From Perkinsela sp. CCAP 1560/9 (Eukaryota; Protista; Euglenozoa: Kinetoplastea): a stretch of 64,000 bases of DNA. Below the pieces are notes generated by a model. It made no database searches. It saw only the letters and a program-made list of their open reading frames with translations, and had not been told where the DNA came from. Each line of letters begins with the position of its first letter. The stretch's first letter is position 1. The DNA is taken from assembly GCA_965644495.1 (NCBI GenBank), contig CBFFSA010000001.1:62001-126000 (forward strand). Direction: 5' to 3'. Made by a program: the position numbers and the translations under genes. This document shows, in pieces, positions 1-11,800 of the stretch.

Positions 1-891
1 GGGTACGAGCTGAGTGTCGGGAAAGGGTCCTGGGATCCCGCCCATATGGAACACATTAAAGCCTCCTGTGACCGTGTAGCCTCTGCGGAGCTCGCGGCGG
101 TGACCATGGAACCCGGGGTCGCACATATATCGTTAATTACCCCCAGCATGACACTTACACGAGAAACTATCGAGTCTGGGGTACCGAGAAAATCTCGTGC
201 TTGTTACGATCCATCCAGCCGGGACAAGGCGATGGAAAAGTTTTTCGATAAAATTATTTCCGCCATGGAGCGACATGTTCACTGGGAGCATGTAAAAGTT
301 TGTGTGATCGGATCCCCGGGATTCTTACGAGAACAATTCCTGGAGTATTTATTTCATAATAGTCCAGAAGCTGTGCAACACAAGAGTCGATTTGTGTCCT
401 GTCTTCTGCACAGTGCGCACCGACGAGCGTTGGCTGAGGCTCTGGCCGATCCCGGGCTGCGGTCCCAGTTAGCCGACGTGAAGGCGTGTGAGGAGGCACG
501 AGCGTTGGAACTGTTTTTTAAAAACATGAACGAAGACCCGGACACGGTGTGCTATGGCCCCCGGCATGTTGCGGAGGCGATCACTCGGAATGCTGTGGAC
601 ACGCTACTACTGTGTGATACGCTGTTGAGTGCGGGGTATCCCACGCGTAGGCGATACGTTGCATTGGTAGATAACGTCCATGAGCTCGGGGGGAAGGTGT
701 TGTTCTTCTCCTCGTTGCATGTCACCGGAAGGCAGCTCGCGCAAATGTCTGGGATTGCCGCGCTGCTGCGCTATCCTCTACCGGAGCTTGATAGTATCGT
801 GGAAACGTTGGCCCCGCTGGAGGAGCATGGGGTCAAGGAAAAAACGCTTTTCGTGAAGGAGGGTGCAGTTCATGCAAACGCAACGAAGTAG
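1..891 (+). CDS. PELO: Pelota/Dom34 ribosome rescue factor (5' end outside window)
   Basis: Frame is open from base 1. eRF1-like domain 2/3 motifs: AAVTMEPGVAHISLITPSMT, CVIGSPGF, CYGPRHV, FSSLHVTGRQLAQMSGIAALLRYPL. Confidence 0.95.
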   Translation, partial: GYELSVGKGSWDPAHMEHIKASCDRVASAELAAVTMEPGVAHISLITPSMTLTRETIESGVPRKSRACYDPSSRDKAMEKFFDKIISAMERHVHWEHVKVCVIGSPGFLREQFLEYLFHNSPEAVQHKSRFVSCLLHSAHRRALAEALADPGLRSQLADVKACEEARALELFFKNMNEDPDTVCYGPRHVAEAITRNAVDTLLLCDTLLSAGYPTRRRYVALVDNVHELGGKVLFFSSLHVTGRQLAQMSGIAALLRYPLPELDSIVETLAPLEEHGVKEKTLFVKEGAVHANATK

Positions 892-1078
892 CATGTGCGA
901 ATGGAATGAGTTATTTATTCATACATGACTTACAATTCTTCAGTCCAATTGATCCCAGGTTTACCCGGATTTCAGTATATCACTCTCCTTTTGCTGTTAT
1001 TCTACTGCAAAGTGTTGTTTTGCAAGTTGTATACCAGGATAGCTTATTTATTTTGGCTACAAGTTTCAAAATAATGAA

Positions 1079-2764
1079 ATGGAAGAAATAACGGTTATCC
1101 TTGGCCTTGAACGAAACAGCAAGGACGGCACTGATCCCCTTATTGGACCTTCGATTCCGTACGATGCTAGAGATCCCGAAATTTTTGGACATCCGTCCTA
1201 CATATCGATAGAGAATGACCCCTGTTATTCGAGTATTCGTGTTCTGGAGAAAGCTATGCTTGAGAATCGACAGGCGGAGAAATACCAAGAGAATTTTATG
1301 AACGAAGAATCAGTTAATCGTTTGAAAAGAATTAGAGAGATCCACCCTTATTGGGAGAAAGATTTTCGAGTTTTTAACTGGCTAAAGAACCTTCATAGGC
1401 ATTCACAACCTCCAACGGAAAGCACTTCAGGCAGTCCATTTCATGAACAGGATCCACTCCAGACATCACAACTTTTAAACGTCCGATATCGGTTGCGTCC
1501 TCAAGGACGGAGAAACAGTTTTTTTGAAAAACATGAAATTACTTCAGAGGATTTAATTCGCCTCATGCTTGAAGATCACCTGCACCGATTATATCTTCGA
1601 CAACAAGCTGTACGCTTCGCATGCGTGTCGAAATCCAGCAATGCGGGAATTCTTCCTTGCGACTTGCAATCAACCCAATTGTCGTTAGCGGAGAGCATCA
1701 CAGTTACAGTAGGACGGCGGCTCTATACGGAGAGCTTTCTCAAAAGTTGGGTACAACATAGAGAATACGTAGTACAGAGCGAAATTAGTTTTTGCGATAA
1801 AGACACACATGTGCAACACGTTCAGCTACCTCTGCATCTGGAACAGTTCGTGCATTGGCTGGGTGTTTTGCCTAGCGTAGGGGTATTTGCTACGGTTCTA
1901 GATTGGTTCTACACGCCACGCAACGGTGCAAAGTGTTCTGAGGAAGCAGTAAACGAAAAACGGATGCAAATGGAAAAGGTTTTCCAGGAGTGCACAAAAT
2001 GTGCTGAATCTTGGCTCAGACTACACTTTCTTGACTCAGCCGAAAGTACAGGTTTAGAAAATTGTTCTACACCGCGGAGCGTATCGGGTGTAGAAAATGA
2101 AAATTTTCTGAAAACGTCCAGAAGACTTTTTCTTTCTAAGCATTGTACATGGCTATTACATCGTCTTGTGTTATGTCAAACGAAGTATGCTGTGGCCGAA
2201 GAGCGCTGCACGTCCTTTAATAAGGCCATGAGAAAATCTCGAGAGAAGGATTTTCTCATTCACCCCTTTCACTTGTTAAAAGCTCATAGTGTGGCTTTGA
2301 GTCCACAAGAAGTAATACAGGCCTTGAACGCACAAACCGATACTGAAAACAAGGTGAGTAACTCACCACAAATGTGGGCGCTACTGACTGATGCCCAACT
2401 TTGTACGGCACAAAAATTAAAAGAAGAGTTGGGTGACACGAATATAGAAAGTAACCAATTCTCTACCTCTATGAAGTTGAACGCAGAATCGAGTGGAGGC
2501 CCTGATTTGATAGAGAAAGATACTGGCTTGAAATGCTCTTTTGATTACCTCAAAGAAAGGGTGATGATAGAAATTGGATTAAACATCATTCATATGCCTT
2601 GGGTAGTAGATGAAGAGTGGGGAACGATATTTCAAAAGCTGTGTGATGCGGATGAGTACCACAGAATTCACCTTTCGTCTGACCCATTATGTGAAATTAG
2701 TAGTACTCGTATCCATATCTGTTCAAACCTGAATCCAGCAAGTGCCTTTAGTACTGACGATTAA
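1079..2764 (+). CDS. Hypothetical protein, 561 aa
   Basis: Long ATG-started ORF on the coding strand; no motif recognised. Confidence 0.7.
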   Translation: MEEITVILGLERNSKDGTDPLIGPSIPYDARDPEIFGHPSYISIENDPCYSSIRVLEKAMLENRQAEKYQENFMNEESVNRLKRIREIHPYWEKDFRVFNWLKNLHRHSQPPTESTSGSPFHEQDPLQTSQLLNVRYRLRPQGRRNSFFEKHEITSEDLIRLMLEDHLHRLYLRQQAVRFACVSKSSNAGILPCDLQSTQLSLAESITVTVGRRLYTESFLKSWVQHREYVVQSEISFCDKDTHVQHVQLPLHLEQFVHWLGVLPSVGVFATVLDWFYTPRNGAKCSEEAVNEKRMQMEKVFQECTKCAESWLRLHFLDSAESTGLENCSTPRSVSGVENENFLKTSRRLFLSKHCTWLLHRLVLCQTKYAVAEERCTSFNKAMRKSREKDFLIHPFHLLKAHSVALSPQEVIQALNAQTDTENKVSNSPQMWALLTDAQLCTAQKLKEELGDTNIESNQFSTSMKLNAESSGGPDLIEKDTGLKCSFDYLKERVMIEIGLNIIHMPWVVDEEWGTIFQKLCDADEYHRIHLSSDPLCEISSTRIHICSNLNPASAFSTDD

Positions 2765-2805
2765 ACCACCCCGAAACGCCACCAGATAATGCGAGCGCTT
2801 ACTTA

Positions 2806-4054
2806 CTGTGACCCCCTCTTTATACTTCTCTGGTCAGACCCCCCTTTATACTTACTCCCCCCCTCCCCTTACGCGCTCCCGGTCAGACCCCCCCGCTTAA
2901 GCGCACATAGAGTCAAGGTGCAGATTCCGGCGCCGCGAAGTGGGGCGAATTTTTTGATTATATAGTGATTCAGACCCCCCCCTTTTAAGCGCATTTTTCA
3001 CCGGAAAACGAGGTGCGCTTAAACGGGGGGACATTACTTAGAGGGTTGAAACCTGCTAAGTTTTTCCGTGTGCTCCCCCCCCCCCGAGGGGGGGGGCGGT
3101 TTTAATTTTTCCAAAAACGAAACAAGGACGTTCTAAATATTCATATGAGGGGCTGCGGGTGAAACCTCGCCACCCGCAGCCCCTTATAAAGCCCCTTATT
3201 AATTAGGCTCTTCGTTAAACGCGGTAGTTGTTTTCAACTTAGAAGTCACTCATGCTGCGCGCTTCGCGTTGAAAACTACCGCCGCGTTTAACGAAGAGCC
3301 TAAAAAAGAAAAATCGCGAAAAGATCATGCATAATCTATTTTTTGGGGGTAAAAACCTCGATTTTTCGGCAAAAAAAAATGTGAAAATTTAACCCAAATT
3401 TGGGCCGTTTTGGATGCCTTACCAGTAGGGGTAGGAGGCGAATGTGACGCAAAAAACGTCGCAGAATGGTAGCTGAAGTCCCAAACTCCTAAAACACGTT
3501 TTAGGAGTCGATTTTGGAAAAATAAGATTTTTATTTTTTTTTGGGTCTAAAAAAAATCTTTTTTGGTCACCCCAAAAATTTCGGAAATTTTGATCTTGTC
3601 GGATCCCTCCCGCGCGTACCAGTGGGGGTACCCCCAGGGGGGGTGGAAAATTATCGCTGCGGTATACTCTACCACTTCCCTACGCTCGATTTCGAAAAGC
3701 AAAAAATTCGAAAAAAAATCGCGACGTATGCCCCCCCCATGGACCCCCCCCATGGACCCCCCCATGGACCCCCCATTTTTTTGAATTTTTTTTTTCAGTT
3801 TTGGACCACCGGGTCCCCTTTTATATTTTTTTCTTCTATTATATTACTGTGTTCCCCTTTATTTTCACTGTTTTTGTTCACTTTTTTTTCAATAATCGAG
3901 GGTAGAGCGGTAGTTATACAACCACCGCAATTAAGCCCCTTATTCGTTGGGCGGGGTTTATTAGCTTCCGAACACATTTTTGGCGATATTGTACACCCCC
4001 CGCCTTTATACTTCGCTACTGATCAAAACGGGCGAAGTAAAGGGGGGGTCACAG
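2806..4054. mobile_element. Non-autonomous TIR DNA element (Tc1/mariner/pogo-type, TA flanks) with nested MITE fragments
   Basis: Left end TA|CTGTGACCCCCTCTTTATACTTC is the imperfect inverse of right end GAAGTAAAGGGGGGGTCACAG|TA. Internal subrepeats (GGTCAGACCCCCC, CCCCCCATGGA). A copy of the 28.9-kb Tc1 TIR end lies at about 3941-3960. Confidence 0.65.
3206..3300. mobile_element. 95-bp MITE (about 33-bp TIRs, TA-flanked); degenerate inverted copy at about 4724-4784
   Basis: GGCTCTTCGTTAAACGCGG...TTTTCAAC / GTTGAAAAC...CCGCGTTTAACGAAGAGCC, with TA on both sides. Confidence 0.7.
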
Positions 4055-4944
4055 TACCCGTTTTTTTTGAGTCGTACGCCACGTTATGGATACGCTCCTT
4101 AAGCCAGTCTCTGCGAGCTTTTGTACACCCAACTACACCGCATTCTTTAGTACATAAGCACTCATCCTCATCACTTTTAGGTTTTAAACACTGCGGCTTG
4201 TTAGTCAGCAGGCTATACGTTACTACAGATCCAATTTGAAGGACATCTCGGACCCAAGGGATATCATGGTCAGTACCATAAAAAAACGAAACCTGTCAAA
4301 ATGAGCAAAACATCGCTTTGATTGGAGACCGAATAAATGAAATGCTTTGGTTGAGATGCTTTTGCGACTTGGTCAGATCACGGTAGGGTACAAGGCAGTG
4401 TGCACAACCAATGTACCCTAAATCAGCCAAAAAAAGGTCATCCTTGTGGTGATCAAATACAGGGGTACGATACATACTTTGGTAAATTTTCGCATGCAAT
4501 CTTACATGCATTGTGGAACGCCGCGGAGCAAACAATGGGTTTTGTTCAAGAACCGACCTAAGATCTTGACCAGCCTCTTCCACAAAGTAGAATTTTGGCG
4601 ATACCTGACTTACTTGCTTATCCCTCGGAATCTTCTGAATCACATGATTCAAGAGAGGAGCCGGAGGAGTCGTCATAAAGCAGAGTTCTGTTTTCCTGGC
4701 CAAGCCGTCTTTTCTAGTCGCTCCGTTAAACGCGGAGGTAGTTTTCAACGCGAAGCGGTCGTGACTTCTACGTTGAAAAACAACAAGTTTTTTTTCGAAT
4801 TAATTACCTTATGAAACTAATAAGTGATTCGTAACCACTAAGTGATGGAGCTATTGCGCGCAGGGGGATTTACTGTAACCATCACCTGCTGTATCTTAGT
4901 GACCTCCAATTTTCAAGCATCTCCTACTTTCTACTCTTGGACCA

Positions 4945-5835
4945 ATGTCTCCAGCAATCAACGCGGTCGACATTGTTTCTCTCCAAACCCTTGCACTCCC
5001 TCACCGAGAGCACGCCACCGCCTTACTCCAAACCATTCTGGATCTTGTCCGCCCTCTCATGCGTACCGAATCCCTACACGTCGGGGCGTTACATGAATTT
5101 TCACCCGCAAACCAATGCTTACTCGGTATCAATTACAACCATGGCGAAACGATTCGTGTTCGTCTACGCACCCCCACACCTAGCCGACGGAGACCACCCA
5201 AGGGCTCACCCCATTCCCGTCGTACCCAAACCACATTTGAAAAAAGTGCTGAAAAAAATAAAGTCCCAGATGGGCTCTCTGGCTCCACCTTTCTTCCTCT
5301 CCCCGCCTTAGTGAGCACCATGGTTCATGAACTCGTGCACAACCGCGTCGGTCCGCATAATGCGGAGTTCCGCCGTCTCTACCATTCCTGGTGCTCGTTC
5401 GTAGAGGGGCACTGGGAGCGCAACCCGTTTCATTCCTCCGCGTATCCAAGTCTCGGGCTAGGGCCCGCGAACGAACAGAGCGGCCCTGGAGGATTAGCAA
5501 ACAAGACGATCACATCCCACCCGTTTGCGGGAACCGGGCGTAGACTAGGCTCGCTTTTTGAGACACACCAGATGGAGGCCTCCTGTGGGTGCGGGGAGAG
5601 TACAGTAAAGGAAAGGCGTACGTCAAAAGCAGCTCATGAAGGCAACGTTCGAAAAAGGGGACGAATGGTTGGCACGGCAGAGGTGAAACCGGTGGTGTCA
5701 CGGTTTAGGAAATCGCCCGCAACGGCAGTGTCGAGAGCGGTGAGGAAATCCACAGCGGCTCCTTCGGTGCAGGAAAGGAGGACTATGGTGAGCAAGGCAG
5801 GGTTGGCCGCTATTGCGCGGATGAATGACGTGTAG
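4945..5835 (+). CDS. WSS1: Wss1-like WLM metalloprotease (DNA-protein crosslink repair)
   Basis: VGALHEFSP..LLGINYNHGETIRVRLR; zinc motif HELVHNRVGPHNAEF; SHP-box-like FAGTGRRLG. Confidence 0.9.
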   Translation: MSPAINAVDIVSLQTLALPHREHATALLQTILDLVRPLMRTESLHVGALHEFSPANQCLLGINYNHGETIRVRLRTPTPSRRRPPKGSPHSRRTQTTFEKSAEKNKVPDGLSGSTFLPLPALVSTMVHELVHNRVGPHNAEFRRLYHSWCSFVEGHWERNPFHSSAYPSLGLGPANEQSGPGGLANKTITSHPFAGTGRRLGSLFETHQMEASCGCGESTVKERRTSKAAHEGNVRKRGRMVGTAEVKPVVSRFRKSPATAVSRAVRKSTAAPSVQERRTMVSKAGLAAIARMNDV

Positions 5836-6322
5836 CAAAGTGGAGTGTCTGACATACCGTGGCAAGCATCAGTTATGACCAAATCAATTTTCTGTCTTTC
5901 GAAAACGGAACACTGCACTTCGTGACCGATGTATCGAGGATTGATTTCTGAATCTACCCATGATTCGTCCGCAATTGAGGTCCATTTTGTTTGGTCAGCA
6001 GTCCGGGTAGCCAGTTTATTGGCGAGCGTAACAGCGGAAGAAGAAGTATGAGGCTTGCCGCGCTCAAAATGTGTCGGGTTCCGTTTACCAGGCTAATCCT
6101 TTAGATACAAATTCTAAGAATGGAGTATTATACTCCAGTTTCAGTGTATACTGAGTTTCAGTGTATACTGAAAGTAGAGTAGTAAATCTAGTGAACAAAT
6201 AGTTTAGGAATTGGATACAATGCCCTTCGACTGGCCTGGTTTATTCTCACACGATATCACATGACAATTCACATCTTTTTAACGAATAGTGAACTTTTTC
6301 TTTCTTAAAACCAACCCATTCC

Positions 6323-7339
6323 ATGATCAACATTGACCCAGAACGTCGCGAGGACTCCTTCTACCGGTACAAAATGCCCGCACTGCTGTGCAAAGTCGAG
6401 GGCCGGGGCAACGGCATCAAAACCGTCGTGCTGAACATCCGCGACGTCGCCGATTCCATCCACCGTCCCGCGGAGTACCTCATCAAATCCATGAGCACCG
6501 ATCTCGGGGTCGCGATGAAACTCGAGAACGATCGCTGGTCCCTGGCCGGGGATCACATCAAGGCGGATGCGTACAAACTCCAAAACCGGCTCTACGAGTT
6601 TATCCGTCGCGGGGTGTTGTGCAAACACTGCCGTAACCCCGAGACGGTCTACACCACAGCGGAGAAGGGAAGACTCCAGATGACCTGCAAGGCCTGCTCC
6701 CGCGGCTCGGACCTCACGGTGAGTGAAAAAGTGATGGCCGCGATTATGCGGCACGAGAAGGATACCCGAGCCGCGCAGCCCAGTAAGGACCAGAAACAGG
6801 AGGCGAAGTGGGAGCGGAGTACACGGCGAGCCGCCGGGCATGACCAGGGGGAGTTACAGGAGGAGACGATAGAAAATGTGGGTGGGGACCCGGTGGTGGA
6901 GTTAACCGAGCTGATTCGCGCAGGGGTGGGGGAGAGCGCGGTGGTGGACAAGGTATTTGATTTGAAACAGGAATACGGGATGCAGGAAAAGGATTTGGCC
7001 CGGTTGGTGTTTCGTGCGTGTTTTCGTGGGGGTATCGATGCTGAACATGCGTGTATGCAAATCCGTCAGCTCACGCCTATCCTGAAGCGATTTGTGAACA
7101 AGGATTTATATTCTGTGGTGGTGGAAGAGGCAGAGCGTTTTGCACAAGAAAACAAGGTATGTATGCAAGACAAATTCCCAATTTTTTTGTTTGAATTAAT
7201 GGAAAGAGGTATTGTGAACGAGAGTGCAGTGATGGGGTGGTACGAATCTGGAAAAAGTAAAGGTTTGGATCGACATTCCGCAACACATTGGCGTTCCGTG
7301 TGTGAGCCGTTCATAAAGCTTATGCGTCAAAAATTGTAG
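6323..7339 (+). CDS. EIF5: Translation initiation factor eIF5
   Basis: DSFYRYKMP..KVEGRGNGIKT; CxxC..NPET..CKAC zinc ribbon; C-terminal W2-like region. Confidence 0.95.
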   Translation: MINIDPERREDSFYRYKMPALLCKVEGRGNGIKTVVLNIRDVADSIHRPAEYLIKSMSTDLGVAMKLENDRWSLAGDHIKADAYKLQNRLYEFIRRGVLCKHCRNPETVYTTAEKGRLQMTCKACSRGSDLTVSEKVMAAIMRHEKDTRAAQPSKDQKQEAKWERSTRRAAGHDQGELQEETIENVGGDPVVELTELIRAGVGESAVVDKVFDLKQEYGMQEKDLARLVFRACFRGGIDAEHACMQIRQLTPILKRFVNKDLYSVVVEEAERFAQENKVCMQDKFPIFLFELMERGIVNESAVMGWYESGKSKGLDRHSATHWRSVCEPFIKLMRQKL

Positions 7340-7618
7340 TGTGAATGAGACATTTTTTTCAATCTACATGTATTTCATTTGTGGGAAACATCGAAGTATT
7401 TTTGTAAGGCTTTTACGGCCGGGAGGTTCTCTATGCGTAGATGCACTCTGCAGGCCAGCTTGAGGGGAAAGAAAAGGAATGTGTATTGTGTGACGAAATA
7501 ATCGGTGTGTATAAGTTGTTAAAAAATGTTTATGAATCTACGCAATACGTCACACATATTTTGTTGCGACTCATTTCAGTTTTTATTTGAACTTGACTTG
7601 AAGTTTGATTACTATTAC

Positions 7619-8335
7619 ATGGGTATGGCGTACTCTAAATCTGAGCAACCAGAATCTACTATTTCTGTGAATACGAATAAGAAAAGCGCTTCTACAAACT
7701 GTATAAACGAAGAATCTATTGAGAAAGTTAACATGGACACGTTGAGTGAAAGCAATCTGAAAAATACGTCTGAAGTAGAGAACAAAGAATTGGATACCTC
7801 GGAAAACATTGTCCCCCCGTCGAGAAAATGCTACTGTGGAAAGCTTGATGTGAACTCGGCAGCTGTGAAGCGCAGTAAGGATGGTTCTTACATTCGATGC
7901 GCCCAATGTGGTGACCTCTTTCACGCAGCTTGTGTCGGCATAAACTCTGATAATCATGCGAAAAACATGTTTCCACCTCACAACGAAGGGAAGTGGATAT
8001 GTTTCGAGTGCTACACTGACATAAAGGTACAGAGCGCTCTACCAAAACATATTTGTGAAATCTGCGGAAAGTCTGAGAATCCTGTAATAAAAAGAGAAGT
8101 AGAATCCGAACACCAAGATGAGTTACGCCAGCACACAAAGAAATCCAAAGCTAGTAAGAAAAATACTCAACCTTCCACTGAGGTGGATTTTCAGCAACAT
8201 CCATATTACATTGTTTGTCACGGTTGTGGAAAACACGCACACGGGATTTGTGCGGGCGTCAATAGCCTTTCCCTTCAATTCGATTTGCGTCGGCCATCGA
8301 CAGAGTGGCTCTGTCCGCGCTGTTGTGGAGTGTAG
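7619..8335 (+). CDS. Tandem PHD-finger protein
   Basis: Two C4HC3 fingers (CYC..CAQC..FHAAC..WICFEC and CEIC..CHGC..HGIC..WLCPRC). ATG 7619 preferred over 7526. Confidence 0.8.
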   Translation: MGMAYSKSEQPESTISVNTNKKSASTNCINEESIEKVNMDTLSESNLKNTSEVENKELDTSENIVPPSRKCYCGKLDVNSAAVKRSKDGSYIRCAQCGDLFHAACVGINSDNHAKNMFPPHNEGKWICFECYTDIKVQSALPKHICEICGKSENPVIKREVESEHQDELRQHTKKSKASKKNTQPSTEVDFQQHPYYIVCHGCGKHAHGICAGVNSLSLQFDLRRPSTEWLCPRCCGV

Positions 8336-8832
8336 TCTGCGCCTTTTTCACGTGAAGCAGAATGGATTAGATAGACACATGTTTATGTCATCGGACGCCC
8401 AGCAGCTCAACCATCCGGACGCCCAGCAGCTCTACGTGTGTTATAATGCGCAAAATTCTCTGACTGCCCAGTGCTAGAGCCTTCGTTTTCGTCATGGAAG
8501 CATACCGCAAGATCGTCGAAAGCTGTTTGTGCTTCGTCGATTGCATCACCTGGGGCAACGTAATTTAGTCTTGTGCGGCTTCCATTGAATAATATACAGC
8601 TCCACTGTATACAGTTCCAATGTAGCACTAAACTCCATGAATGGGAACTGAACCCTCTGCCTGAATGTCTCTTCAGCCACTTCGAAAGACGTTGTACAGT
8701 ACAATGACTGAATTTTTACTAGAAGTGAAAGGGGGATTGTTATCCTATAAGGATTGTACAATGTATTACCATACCAAGAAAATGTACCGTAATATACAGT
8801 GTAAGTTCGCTAACCTATTTTCTACAGAATGA

Positions 8833-11800
8833 ATGAAATCCACCACGACCAACAAGCGTAGGTTGACAAAATGGTCCTGCCCCCGGTGCACGTACCTCAA
8901 CACAACAAAGCACTTCTGTTCCATTTGCAGATTTCGCAGGCACACCAAAGCCGATTCTCCAAAACAAAGACAATCTTCACTCACAAAACCGAACCGCAAT
9001 GCCGCACCAGCGTCCAGGAGAAACGAAACGTCCGCAGATACGTCAGAACCCACAGACACAAAACAACTAACATTAAAGAAACGCAAGTCAAAGCGACATT
9101 CTAAACGAACGGACCCAAAATACAAAATCAAACAACGCAAATCCATCGAACTTGCGACAAACTTGCATCGAACTCATGCGACGCACAGTCCCCAAGCCGT
9201 GGCATCTTCTACAGCAGCATCAGGCATCACGTGTAATGTTGCTACGAGTAAGGCTGAGGTATCCGGCAATGATGCACTCATGTTTCAGACTGCAAGTGGG
9301 CGTCCGCTTCCCGTTTCGGAGGAAAGCATGAAGAAAGCGCAATCGCATTTTGACTTACCCGTCCCCACGAGCTGGACGCCTGACGCAGCATCAGGCAACA
9401 CGTGTAATGTTGCTACGAGTAAGGCTGAAGTATCCGGCAATGATGCACTCATGTTTCAGACTGCAAGTGGGCGTCCGCTTCCCGTTTCGGAGGAAAGCAT
9501 GAAGAAAGCGCAATCGCATTTTGACTTACCCTTCCCCACGCGCTGGACGCCTGACGCAGCATCAGGCAACACGTGTAATGTTGCTACGAGTAAGGCTGAG
9601 GTATCCGGCAATGATGCACTCATGTTTCAGACTGCAAGTGGGCGTCCGCTTCCCGTTTCGGAGGAAAGCATGAAGAAAGCGCAATCGCATTTTGACTTAC
9701 CCGTCCCCACGAGCTGGACGCCTGACGCAGCATCAGGCAACACGTGTAATGTTGCTACGAGTAAGGCTGAGGTATCCGGCAATGATGCACTCATGTTTCA
9801 GACTGCAAGTGGGCGTCCGCTTCCCGTTTCGGAGGAAAGCATGAAGAAAGCGCAATCGCATTTTGACTTACCCGTCCCCACGAGCTGGACGCCTGACGCA
9901 GCATCAGGCAACACGTGTAATGTTGCTACGAGTAAGGCTGAGGTATCCGGCAATGATGCACTCATGTTTCAGACTGCAAGTGGGCGTCCGCTTCCCGTTT
10001 CGGAGGAAAGCATGAAGAAAGCGCAATCGCATTTTGACTTACCCTTCCCCACGCGCTGGACGCCTGACGCAGCATCAGGCAACACGTGTAATGTTGCTAC
10101 GAGTAAGGCTGAGGTATCCGGCAATGATGCACTCATGTTTCAGACTGCAAGTGGGCGTCCGCTTCCCGTTTCGGAGGAAAGCATGAAGAAAGCGCAATCG
10201 CATTTTGACTTACCCGTCCCCACGAGCTGGACGCCTGACGCAGCATCAGGCAACACGTGTAATGTTGCTACGAGTAAGGCTGAGGTATCCGGCAATGATG
10301 CACTCATGTTTCAGACTGCAAGTGGGCGTCCGCTTCCCGTTTCGGAGGAAAGCATGAAGAAAGCGCAATCGCATTTTGACTTACCCGTCCCCACGAGCTG
10401 GACGCCTGACGCAGCATCAGGCAACACGTGTAATGTTGCTACGAGTAAGGCTGAAGTATCCGGCAATGATGCACTCATGTTTCAGACTGCAAGTGGGCGT
10501 CCGCTTCCCGTTTCGGAGGAAAGCATGAAGAAAGCGCAATCGCATTTTGACTTACCCTTCCCCACGCGCTGGACGCCTGACGCAGCATCAGGCAACACGT
10601 GTAATGTTGCTACGAGTAAGGCTGAGGTATCCGGCAATGATGCACTCATGTTTCAGACTGCAAGTGGGCGTCCGCTTCCCGTTTCGGAGGAAAGCATGAA
10701 GAAAGCGCAATCGCATTTTGACTTACCCGTCCCCACGAGCTGGACGCCTGACGCAGCATCAGGCAACACGTGTAATGTTGCTACGAGTAAGGCTGAGGTA
10801 TCCGGCAATGATGCACTCATGTTTCAGACTGCAAGTGGGCGTCCGCTTCCCGTTTCGGAGGAAAGCATGAAGAAAGCGCAATCGCATTTTGACTTACCCG
10901 TCCCCACGAGCTGGACGCCTGACGCAGCATCAGGCAACACGTGTAATGTTGCTACGAGTAAGGCTGAGGTATCCGGCAATGATGCACTCATGTTTCAGAC
11001 TGCAAGTGGGCGTCCGCTTCCCGTTTCGGAGGAAAGCATGAAGAAAGCGCAATCGCATTTTGACTTACCCTTCCCCACGCGCTGGACGCCTGACGCAGCA
11101 TCAGGCAACACGTGTAATGTTGCTACGAGTAAGGCTGAGGTATCCGGCAATGATGCACTCATGTTTCAGACTGCAAGTGGGCGTCCGCTTCCCGTTTCGG
11201 AGGAAAGCATGAAGAAAGCGCAATCGCATTTTGACTTACCCGTCCCCACGAGCTGGACGCCTGACGCAGCATCAGGCAACACGTGTAATGTTGCTACGAG
11301 TAAGGCTGAGGTATCCGGCAATGATGCACTCATGTTTCAGACTGCAAGTGGGCGTCCGCTTCCCGTTTCGGAGGAAAGCATGAAGAAAGCGCAATCGCAT
11401 TTTGACTTACCCGTCCCCACGAGCTGGACGCCTGACGCAGCATCAGGCAACACGTGTAATGTTGCTACGAGTAAGGCTGAAGTATCCGGCAATGATGCAC
11501 TCATGTTTCAGACTGCAAGTGGGCGTCCGCTTCCCGTTTCGGAGGAAAGCATGAAGAAAGCGCAATCGCATTTTGACTTACCCTTCCCCACGCGCTGGAC
11601 GCCTGACGCAGCATCAGGCAACACGTGTAATGTTGCTACGAGTAAGGCTGAGGTATCCGGCAATGATGCACTCATGTTTCAGACTGCAAGTGGGCGTCCG
11701 CTTCCCGTTTCGGAGGAAAGCATGAAGAAAGCGCAATCGCATTTTGACTTACCCTTCCCCACGCGCTGGACACCTGACGCAGCATCAGGCAACACGTGTA

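Noticed and set aside
3541-4239. 232-aa ORF
   Set aside because: TTG start, low complexity, and it runs through TIR/MITE sequence.
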